Source: Pelomyxa schiedti (lineage: Eukaryota > Protista > Evosea). Taken from it: a stretch of DNA of 64,000 nucleotides. A model generated the notes under the pieces. That model saw nothing but the letters and a program-made list of their open reading frames with translations, did no database searches and was not told the DNA's origin. The DNA lies in contig JAHLWZ010000809.1 of the NCBI GenBank assembly GCA_020536535.1, positions 65,068 to 129,067 of the forward strand. The letters run 5' to 3'. Position 1 is the first letter of the stretch; every line of letters begins with the position of its first letter. The position numbers were made by a program, and so were the translations under genes. Shown piece after piece: positions 50,441 through 61,274 of the stretch.

Positions 50441-53161
50441 TCAGTTAATGTTGGTTCTATGTGAGGGTTCTAGGTCGATGGTGGCACCCAGTGCTGAGCT
50501 AAGGCTACGGAGGCTTGTGGTGCTCATCTTGGCCGCGTTGAGACTGTTGCCAATCCCACTGCTGGAGAAGAGTGGGTTGGGATTGGATGACGCGCTAGTG
50601 GCTGTGGTTGTTGTGGTTGTGGTTGTTGAAGATGGTGAAAGCCCAACGGGGGATGGGACTTCACTCGGGGAAAAGGGGGAAGCTTCAAGTTCGGCCATAA
50701 TATCAGGAATACTTGGCCGGTCTTCTGCACTTGGAGACAAGCACTTCATAATAAGGCTTGCTCTTGGAAGTGTTGGTGCAACTGGGAGCATTGCGCCCCT
50801 GTGTCCGACATTGGTTATCACTTGCATGAGCCCCAGATCCCCAAAAGGTGTTTCTCCGGTAAAGGTCTCCCACATAATTACCCCAAAGCCTGGTTTGGAG
50901 GTGAGCATAGCTAAGGAGGTTTGTTCTGCGTACTGTAAATATCTGCTTTCTCTGAGTACAACTCACCACGTAACACTTCAGGAGCTGCGCAACGTCAGAT
51001 GCAATACATGAAGAAAAAAAGGTACCAGCCCACTGTGGTGTCCCAACCATAGTCATTAGAGAGCTACTTGGCCTTATTTCCCGTGATACACCAAAGTCAG
51101 CTAACAGACCATTAACAAAGAATTACAAAATAAAAAAGGAAACCAATTTTTGCTTGGAGAGTAGACGTTACGAGAACCTTAAGGTTACTTAGAAAAAGAA
51201 TGAAAAGGTGGGTATCACATTTGGGCTCTTTAGATCTATTGTGAGTGAAAAACAGGAAGAAGAAAAGTAGAGCAAACCTCTGTGCATGACAGGGGGCGAA
51301 AGGCCGTGAAGGTATGATATTCCCCTGGCTTAGAAAGTGTCACTATTTACAAGCAATTTTGTTTAAAAGTGGGGTGACCTGTATCAGTAAGTAACATATC
51401 CCGTTGAATAACAGTAAGTTCAACTTTAGTATTTTCGTGGATAAGTGAGAATAGACTTCCTAGATCAATAAACTGGAGAGGTCACTATAAAAAAGGGTGA
51501 ATATCGGACTACCTCTGTAATAATACAGTACTTGGAAGAATCATCAACGCTCACTCCCATAAGCAATACACTGAAAGAGGAATGAGAAAAAAGTTTATGG
51601 AGAAAAAAGTGTTACATATTTGGGTGTCGAAGTTGGCACAAAATTGATAATTCGTGCAATAAATCTTCATTTACTGCGTCTTGCCCAAACAAGCGTTTCA
51701 CAGCAATAGCTGTGCCATTCCACTTGGCGTGGTACACCTCTCAAAGGGAGAAGTTGGATATTGCTTGTATTTCAATTATAAATATACCTCCAAAAGATCC
51801 TGTGCCAACTTTGCTAATAAACCTAATCTGATCTATGTAAGTTTAAGTTCAACTCCTGTGACAACCTTGGCATAGTTTATAGCTGGCACATTATGTTGTT
51901 TGAGAAGTACTTCCAGAGCGTCTCGAGCATTTGTTGCCTCAGCAAGGAGAGGTTCGGAGGATTCTGCAGCTAATCCTTTTCCGAGGCAATATCTCGTATC
52001 ACGTATGAAGGTTAGGTACATAATAGGTGAGAAGCCAAATATGTAGAGCCCCACCTGTGGTGAGGAGATGAGCTCTATTAGTGAAGTGTTGCAACACACT
52101 GCAATAATTCCAACACACGAGCCACAGCTTTGATTTCCAAGCACAATTGCAGCGGCTATCAGGTTCAAAGTGTATGTTATAATCAAAAAAGTTCCCCAAA
52201 TCTAGGTTCTGTAAAAAGACTTCACCTAGGAAAGTGAAATCACCTTTGTGGCTGGGCGGAATGAGTATGAAAGTTTAAGTCTCCTCAAAATGAGCCATTG
52301 TGCATCAACAACAGCAAAAATGAAAAACGGAATGAAAATAAGCAACAGCCACTCAGCTCCACCACTGAAAAACAACATGCAGAAACTGCAGGGATTAACT
52401 CTCCAAGAGTCAGAATCGAGACTGGAAACGTCTGGCTGAGTTCCCAACATTGTGGTGTTGCATATCAAACGGACACTAAACGTCACTGCGGTACATGTCA
52501 AAGTCACTATCTTGCACTTTACACTTGTTGTACTGGGTTGCATAAGCCAAAATAAAATCCTGCTCTTTGTTCACGAAATTTTTCTACAAGGGGAGAGTTA
52601 CCATACATCCACAACACCTGTCTGACCAGCAGATAACACAGCAATTATCCAAGATTTGGCATTGTCTTGTATTGGTATTGAAATTAGGAGAGCCTGGGAC
52701 AAATCACTAATGAATGGCGGGAGAAGTCCATACCTCAACAAAAAAATAGACACAACAACCAAATATCGCATAGTAATACACTGGGAGTAAAATAGTTCTA
52801 GGATAGGTTAAAAAAAAGTACAATGTGGGCCCCCGACTGTACCTTCGAGACACAATCGAGGAGTCTAGTTGTTTGCGGTAATGACAGATGGCAAGTGCGA
52901 GTGCAACGCACATTGATAAGAACAACTACACTTCATTAATAACCAAAAGTTAGTTGAAAGAGAAACTGCGTCAAGAGGCAAGGGCACAACCCCGCAAGTG
53001 ATAAGAATTGCAGAAAGGTACAGCTTCCCACCGCTCCGTACGGTCACACTGCTGTAGATCAGATTATGGCATATTGCGCACGCGTAGTCCGTCTCGTTGT
53101 TTCCCTCAGACACCACCGGTGTTGATTCGTACACCACTCCAAACCCCTCTTGCTGCAACAT
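50441..53161 (-). CDS. Multi-pass (about 7TM) membrane protein fused to a TKL protein kinase
   Basis: About seven hydrophobic segments in 51970-53050. Intact kinase: GTGSFGEVYHAKWNGTAIAVK, LRHPNI, MHRDLKSPN, ADFGVSR, MVGTPQWA, FGVIMWETFTGETPF, RPSIPDI. Confidence 0.85.
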
Positions 53162-53325
53162 CGGCAGTTCCAGATGGCGTTTATTTGTCAAGAATAAACG
53201 AAAATCACCGTTTTTTCACTGCATCTATGAGCAGGCAAAATACTCATGTCACACAAAGATCTAAAAACAAGTATGTACTTTTATTTATGGTACTGTTCTG
53301 TTTTTGTTGTTTTCCACATGATACT

Positions 53326-55260
53326 CTACTGGAGAAGAATCTGTAGTATGACCAGTTTGTGCAAAGATTTATTAGAAAAGAATAGGTTGTTGTGAGCACT
53401 ACCAAAAATTCCTTTATGTCCAGTTTTCCATCCCCGTTTTTATCGGCAATGGATATAAGTGATTCTGCTTCTTCAGGAGTAAGGGGTTCTCCTTGGCTGT
53501 TTGTTTTTGTTGTTGGTAATATGAAATAACACAGTGAGGCATATGACCTTATTAAAGCTTGGCGGAGTTCATTTGCGGAAATGACCCCATCGCCACTAGT
53601 ATCAAATAGCCTAAAGGCCTCGAGGAGAGTGGTGGCAGGATCACTGGCAGGCTTAAGAGCCAGTGCTAGGGCAAAGAATTCATCAAATGAGAGCTTACCG
53701 TTTTTGTCTGTATCCAAATCTGGGTTTTGTAAACAAAAACGCAAGAATTCAAAGCGTGGTTACCTCCCACAGCTTCTTTTATCTCCCGCATGGATGGGTT
53801 CAAGCCATAGCGACGAAGTAGCACGGCGACTTCGTTGGCTTCAATAGTGCCATTATGATTTAAATCACATTCTGTGAATAATGCATGTGCACGGAAAAGC
53901 TGGTCTGTGGTTATTGCAGCTGCTCTTCCGCACTTTGTACAGTTATTGCTTCCCCCTGTTTTTTATTTTACAACGTGAGTTCAACTAAAAGCGTAGGTAA
54001 TAAGTAATACAACCTTCAAAATGACAGGAAGCCCCAGAGGCGCACTTGAGGAGTGCTTTCCTCTTTGCGGAAAGAAAGACAGATGCAGCTGGTTTTTGGG
54101 ATGAATTTTTTCTGCCACTGGTTTCTGCTGCAGCACTTGCTTTTGCTGAGGTTTTTTTGGCAGAAGATTTATTTGCAGTACCAGTAGGGCTAGCACCTGC
54201 AGCAGAATGTAGCTGTGCTGAGTAGGAATGAGGGAGTGTGATCGGTGGGACAACTGGTGCTGTATGGGATTTGGCATCCCCGTCAGCTTTTGTGTCAGAG
54301 GCCGCTTCTGATTTCTTTGATGCAGAATCAGTGGTTGTCTCCACAGCTAGTTTCGATTCCTTTGGTTTCGGTGATGCAGGGTGTGTGGCACTGGCAGTAT
54401 CCGGTTTGCTTGCAGTGTCAGTTGAATTAATGCTACTTGACAAAGGCTTAGGAGAGCCCGCTTTGGATGGAGTTTGTGGCTTTCTATTCGGTGAAGATGG
54501 AGTGCCTGGTTTGGAATTGCTTCCCTTTTTTTGCGAAGCGCGAGAACCAGGGCGAGTGGGACTATCTACAAAATGGTACTCATCAACCTTAGCAGCAGTC
54601 ATTGTACTAGTAGTTGTTGTGGAAGTTGTGGTAGTTGTTGTAGTTGTAGTGTTACTATTATTAGCATTAGGCGTGGCTGGCTTTGTGGGCTTTCCGCCGT
54701 CACCCATAAGTTCCTCGACGCTGGCGTCGATCTTGATTCCTTTATTTGGCGACGTGCTGCTGGACAGGGGCGGCGGCGTGGATGACGCCGAGGGAGCCGG
54801 GGAAGTAGCGGTCGAAGCCGGATTATGGGACGACGCGGACGTGGGCTTGGTGCTCGACGACGGGGTGTCTGGTTTGTTACTGGTTTTTGGCGTGCCTGGC
54901 TTGTTGTTGTTGTTGGACTTGGGTGTGGATACCTTGTTCCCAGGAGTTGATGGTTTGTTAGGTGGCTGTTGTTGTTGAGGTGGTGCAGTTGTGGATGTTG
55001 GCGTAGATGTGGTTGTGGATGGGGATGGGGCTGGGGCTGGGGCAGCAGAATCTGCTGCTTTGGGTTTGTTGTTTGCTGGTTCAGCTTGTGGTTTAGAGGA
55101 CTTCAGGTTGGTTGGAGCCTCAGTTTTGTTCGTGATGTCCTATTCATGTTCAAAAAAAATACCAAACCAAAAAAAGTTGGTTGGTTTGGTTGCTACGAGT
55201 GCTTGTTGTTTCAGCTATTGTTTTTTTTTTTTTTTTGGTTTATACTTTTGTTGTGTCCAT
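53326..55260 (-). CDS. Calmodulin-like four-EF-hand protein with a long disordered N-terminus
   Basis: MDTTK|DITNK... then ~400 aa rich in P/T/S/K/A; KCASGASCHFEG|GSNNCTKCG; EF hands DLNHNGTIEANE, DTDKNGKLSFDEF, DTSGDGVISANEL, DKNGDGKLDIKEF; stop at 53326-53328. Confidence 0.8.
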
Positions 55261-55375
55261 CCCGACGTTGGGCAGCACTGAGGAGGGGTGTCGAAAAAAT
55301 AATTTTCGATGAGATTCAAAGTTAGGCGAAAAACTACTGGTACTTTTCTCCTTGTACAAACAAAGTAATAAGGAA

Positions 55376-56891
55376 TCATTGGAAGGCCATTATGACGAGG
55401 AGGAAATACAATAGCACCATGCTCTGGTGCTGTTGTCCAGGGCAACCGTTTGCACTGACATAGGCGGAACCGGGCAGAATAGGTAGGTTGCATATCACAT
55501 CGTCGCGGGCCATTGGGCCCCAACCAACCTGAAGCGCTGTCCAAGGACAAACGCACGGGTGTGTCCAGTCGACTCCCATAACACACTTGTGTGCGGGCAT
55601 ACAGCGGTGACAGTTCAAATTGTTTGTGCAGTAATACGGAGGCTCGTCAATGCACCAGCTTCGCTTGCATTCGCATTCACAATCACCGTATTCATCACAG
55701 GCCTGTGCTAGGAATGAATCTCTACTTGTGAAGGTAAAGTTGGTACCTGAAAAACGTGCAACGTTTCATGCATCACGAGAGTATAACCCTCCCAGTGGGA
55801 ACAATCACTTGTCTGAATCCGTACAATAAACGCGTTTACACCACCGGTGCTGATTCCACAAGGATTAAGGTATGACGACTTCAAGCGTGTCAGAATGGCA
55901 AAGGAGATGAAAGAGTCGTCTATTGCAACGCCAGCCCTTTTCCAGCTTGCTGAAACCTGTTCTTGATACTCACGTAGTGCAGATATCCCCATATTGGCAA
56001 AAATTTCCTGGAAGTAGGGAATAAGGGGGAAAGAACTTAGGAGGGTTTCTACCGTGGAATAGTTACGTAGTAGGGCTGTACCCACAGATGGCAGAGAAAC
56101 CCTCGCACGCTTATCCCAATGGGGAACCAGATCAATAACGAAAGACACATTTGCGCAATAGGCCGCGTTTGCCATATACGATAAAGAGATCAAGCCAAGC
56201 AACCAAGAATTTCGGCTCTGTATTTCATCTTCCTCATTCCAGTCGCTGGGGTAAGTATCCACTTCGACCAAAGTGGACGAGACAACGCCACGAAGAGGCC
56301 GGGTTGTGTAGCTGTCAGTGATATTGGGATATTTGGAGTCTCCCTCAGTACCGCTCTTAGATAAATAAGGGATGTACATAGAGCTGTTAAATGCAATTGA
56401 ACTTTGGACATCATCGGTCTTAATAAAGTGAGTGGTAGACTTCAAGGAGCGGCTCACCTTTATGAAGTTGAAGAATTTGATAATTTCCAAACTTGTGAGG
56501 TCCCCTTGCACCCAGTCTCCCGTTTCCACTTCCCCATCACAAAATATCTGTGTCCTTCAGTGTTAAGCAGGTCAAAGAAGAAAAAAAAAAAAAGAAAGAA
56601 AAAGTTTTGGTTGATTTCTGCAATAACCTGAAAATCATATGCAGGCAAGTGGGGCGCAGACAGCCACCCAAGAGCGGCAAATCTCCCAGAGACTGCCAGA
56701 GTCACTCCGTCAATCCCCCAGAAAGGCGTTTTGCTCGTCGAAACGCCGTCTGCTACCGACGTAGAGGAATCAAGAAACAAACACAGGGATCTTATCACCG
56801 CGTACTTGTTCACGCAGGCCGCAACAACGCCCTCGTTGCACAACAACAAAGCAAAGATGGCTACCCACAAACTACGACCAGTGCTACACAT
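55376..56891 (-). CDS. Secreted, probably GPI-anchored metzincin zinc metalloprotease
   Basis: Signal peptide MCSTGRSLWVAIFALLLCNEGVVAA; spliced HETLHVFQ|ACDEY; Met-turn-like KCVMG; CPWTALQVGW; hydrophobic C-terminus SMVLLYFLLVIMAFQ*. Confidence 0.75.
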
Positions 56892-57064
56892 CTATGTAGA
56901 TCTCAACAATCTCCATTTCGCTTGGTTTGTTGGTTGGCCCACAACACCCCGTTCCCAGACCAATTTGTTTTCATTTTTTAAAAAAGAAAAAATTGACAGT
57001 TCAATCTGCAATCACCGTCTTCAGTATCCTCAGGGTTGTGAGAGGAATGGGATCCATTCCACCT

Positions 57065-58097
57065 CCTCAAATGTAAGCCAATGCTTGAGCAAGAGGAAGC
57101 CCAAAATCATGCAGAATGGGCCCATCTGGGCATTTAATAAAATTTTCTTTGAGGAGGTTGCGTTTCAAGTGGTATCTGCTAGGGTAATTGCTGTTGCATG
57201 GTGTATTTGTGTGAATACTGGATTAATGGTTGGTTATAACCAGTGTCTAATTGTAGTAATCTTTGATTCTCGTGCCGGAATTGTTCAGTTCGGTGGAACA
57301 TACTAGTATCTTGGTGGGACAATGGCCTTTTTGTATTTTGGCCTGAGTTAATAAGCCTGTTGGTTCCAGGTCCAAGAAGCTGCTTGTAAGCAAGAGCTTT
57401 TATGCATGTGTTTTGATTCTTGCAGTTTCTTGCACAGGATATGCTGGAACCCCTGCAGCACTCCACTGCATGTTGCCATGCAGGGAAACATACTTCACAA
57501 TAGAACTGGTTCACAGTGCAACTTTACTTTTCTCATGGTCATGTAAAGTATCTTGTTGATTTCCTGGATAGAGTCACATAGTTAAATTACATTTCACAAA
57601 ACCAAACAGTGTCAAGTGTGCTAGGTAGAAAAGAAGATTGACTATCCAAGTATAAAGCACCTGAAAAGTTATGACCTTCTTTATAAAAGATGTCCCTAAC
57701 ACATTTGTTTACAGATATCTGTTTCATGTGAAGAAAGCTCTTTCTTGGTTGTACAATCATCAAGGAAGTCAGTGGTGCTAGTACCACCGAAACCGGAGAA
57801 TGTGGTGGTAGCTTGACGTCGAAGGAGGGTGATAAAGCTTTATACCCCTCCTTAGACAGCGAGCCATGACCACGTACTCCAGCATCAGTGGTACTAGTAC
57901 CGAGGAAGTACCGATGCTCGATGATTGTGCATACTCTGGCGTCATGTGGACTGTCTTGAACTTCAGCACTGAATCTGTTACCCCACCATCTCACTCTTCC
58001 TGTGATGAGCGTTAGTCAGGATAAGTAAGTGTTACTCGGCACCGGTGGTCCTGAATCTTGGCGTGCCGGGTTGTAAAAAAAAATTGAAAAGAGGCAT
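57065..58097 (-). CDS. Hypothetical protein, Cys-rich segment; model uncertain
   Basis: Open frames 57587-57994 and 57179-57514 (CEVCFPAWQHAVECC...CARNC) with plausible splice sites; no family recognised. Confidence 0.3.
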
Positions 58098-58234
58098 CTT
58101 TGGTTGTTGTGACGCACCGTCGTGCGGATTTGCGAGCGGCAGTACGGTGATTAGTTGGGGGTTGTCGTTTGAATGCAACACGCTGTTGTGACGACGTAGT
58201 GCGGATTTGCGAGTTGTAGTACGGTGGTGTCTAC

Positions 58235-59434
58235 TTGTTGGTGGTTGCTCGTATTTGCCAGCACATTGTCAGATCCCTCGTATCGTGCAGTGCCGGGTTT
58301 GTTGGTTGCGGTTGTGGTTGCCTTGGTGAGAGAATCCGAATAAATGCATATGCATTTGTACCGTTACACTCTCTGGTAAAGAACAGTTTTTGTGTCTGCC
58401 TCATCTTTTTATGCTATGATGGGCAAGAGTTGGGAAGGGTCTCCAATTTTTACTCAGTTTCACATCCGCTACTCACACTATGCCAGAGACCTGGATCAAG
58501 CCAAAGCCACTCCCATTCCAACCCTTCAACTCACAGGTATTACTTTTTAAATACTAAGTAACAACTGAGGAAATTACTCCCGCGTATGGAACAAGACAGG
58601 GCTATGTCACAGTAGTTGCTGTTATAAAGGAAAACTCCCTGCTGTTTCGAAGGTGCTGGAAACTGTAATACGTTCCTCTAGCCCTAGATTTTAATTGAGA
58701 GTTTCTGAACATGTCACATTGGGCTTTACGTGCGGCATTGCCACAAGTACTTGCAGCATTACTTTCATTCCGTTATCAATTTAGGCAACAACACATTTTC
58801 TATGACGGGTGGGGAACAAAGCGTGTAGAAATACCCTTTAGAATCGGAAAGGACTATGGGACAACTCCCGCAATTCACCTTGTTGCCGCTATTACGAACG
58901 GCAAGCTGAGCTTGACTCTTCAAAAGTCTGTCACTGTTATGATTGGAAAAAATAGTACTAATTACGGTTGGCACTATTTTGACACCAACTTCACACTCTA
59001 ATTCTTCCCAGAGGTCATCGCTTCACCTCCAATGGTCATATCAAGGGGTAGGTACCTTTTGTTACACTTGGCCACTTTCCAATTTGTGCTTTTACAAATA
59101 TTGTTCAGTTTTCTCTGCATTTTGGTATCCTGGGAGCACTGCTCACTTACGTTTTTTACTCTCTAACTTAGGCACCTGTGAACTAAGACGTGCGGAATTC
59201 AAAACCACATCACCGGCTGTTTTCTCACTCTGGGAGTGGTATCTAATTTGTATTATACTATGCAGACCCGGGCTACTTGCGGAATCTGTGAATAGATCCA
59301 TTGTCACAAACAATTTACAAACCTCAGCCAAGGTGATGTTGCATTCGCATATCAACCACTCGGCACTCAATTGGCCTCACAATCCACCCAAAGGATGCAC
59401 CCACTCCGACTGTGCTGACACGTTGGTGACCTGA
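58235..59434 (+). CDS. Hypothetical protein; model uncertain
   Basis: Protein-like exon fragments FYAMMGKSWEGSPIFTQFHIRYSHY, EITPAYGTRQGYVTVVAVIK, IFYDGWGTKRVEIPFRIG separated by GT-AG segments. Confidence 0.3.
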
Positions 59435-59587
59435 ATGCAGAGACTCCTCTTGTGAAACTCCTCATTGGATATTACCACACAAGATACCACATCAGTTTGG
59501 TTTCGGCACATCACTCGATCGTTTGCTTAGCTTAACTGTGAAATTGGGGCACCTACGTTGTTCGTATTTGCCCGCTTGGGTTGATTG

Positions 59588-61192
59588 ATGGCGAGTGGTG
59601 GTGGTGGTGTACCATGCGCGGGGGACAGCGACAATAGCAGTAGCAGTAGCAGCAGCAGCGGGGGATTGTATCGGGAAGTGGTGCCCGTGATGATCACGTC
59701 CATCGGGTCGCTGCTGGGCGTTTTGTTTGTTATGGTGTGGTTGTGCGTCACGAGGAGGATGATGTTGTTGCACTGGAGGCTGGTCTTTTTTTCGTCCCTC
59801 TGTCAGCTAATTGGTGCTGCCTGCCTTCTTCTTGTGCTTATGAGAGATAATGAATTGCTGTTCTATTTTTCCCCAACGACGAGTTTGTCCGTTACCTAAC
59901 AAGGCTTTCTTTTACTGCTATGGCCACTCTTTTTCAATTGTACAGTTTCTGTTGTTCTTTTGGCAGAATGGCCATTTGTCACATCTAAAGATAATGCTCA
60001 TGCCTCTGTGTGGTGTAACTTCCAAGGTTACTTACCCGTTATGAAATAGTGAATTAATGTTCTTGAATTTACCTCACTGTAAAAAAGTGCAGGGTTCGTA
60101 CTGTCTATGTTCCAGATTGCTGGGGAGTTATGGGTTTTAGCCATTGCCTTTAGGCTTCACAGGTTAAACTTGTAGTTCCCTTCCCTCTTAATAATTTTTT
60201 CCCCAAGACTTGTAAGTTCCAAGCCGAACCTTCATCTGCGCAGTGAACTCATTTTTCATGCTATTGTTTGGCCAGTCAGTGCTTTCCCTGCCTCTATTCC
60301 GTTTTTCAACGACGACGACGACTTTTTGTACGCCCCACTGGCGAGTGGATACTGCTGGCTGGCACCTAGTGATGGCATGGCAAGATTGCTGCTCTTTTAC
60401 TTGCCTCAGTTTTTTGTAATCACCGTGATGGTGGCTCTGTATATAAGAGTGGTATGGGTACTGAGGAATCCAATCAAACAGTACGCAGAGGCATTTTCCC
60501 AGTCAATGCGTCACAAACCCATTGTGGATGAAGGAACTCGACACAAGAAAAAGAAGAATCACAAGGCAAACACTACTGAACCAACAACCCCTTCCTCTCC
60601 AATACCTGTTGTAACATCCCCAATTTCAGTCCCGATATCAGGAAGTTTTCAATCTGATGGATTGCCACCGCTATCTTTACCCCCCCTTGAACCATTTGAC
60701 AGCTTGAACGCTTCAGCACAACACCCACCAGTGGAATACACTCAGCCGCACCCAGATGTTCCTCACACTCCGCCGGACCATTCCAGTTCCGGCTCCAGTG
60801 ATGCCGAAACCCCGCAACAGCCTTCCCTCCTCCCACCGGAAAGTCCTCGCCTGATGTGCCCCACTGCACAAGACCGCGCCCGCTTGAAACGCACACTGAG
60901 GGCTGTGAAGCAGCTGGCCCTGTACCCCGTTGCACTCCTTCTATCATGGACTCCCTGCATGGTGTGCCGCATCATAGAAGTAATCAGTGGTGCGGAGGAT
61001 GGCGTCACATCACTCGTTGTGGCCTGGACAAACAACATCGCTGGGATATTCTTCTTCCTGGCTTGTATATTTACTGGAGGGGTTATTGAGGACATCAGGC
61101 TTGCTTGGAGAGGCCATGGCATTATGTGCTTTTGTTGGTGTATTTGTGGAAGGTCATCAACCGAGACACTGGCTTTATTGTCTACCAATTAA
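59588..61192 (+). CDS. cAMP-receptor-like (Crl/Git3-like) 7TM GPCR with a long Pro-rich third intracellular loop
   Basis: TM1 SIGSLLGVLFVM; RLVFFSSLCQLIGA; FQIAGELWVLAIAF; GYCWL; LFYLPQFFVITVMVALYIRV; KQLALYPVALLLSWTP; GIFFFLACIF. Confidence 0.85.
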
Positions 61193-61274
61193 AGCAACTG
61201 CACACAAAGAGACTATCAACAAAACTTGTTTTTTTACGGTTTTTGGTAGTATTTTTGTATAGCTGGTTTGTATG

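Noticed and set aside
50448-51011. 187-aa plus-strand ORF
   Set aside because: Antisense to the last kinase exon; no independent motifs.
54238-55325. Long plus-strand ORFs (246, 118 and 96 aa)
   Set aside because: Antisense shadows of the low-complexity arm of the EF-hand gene.
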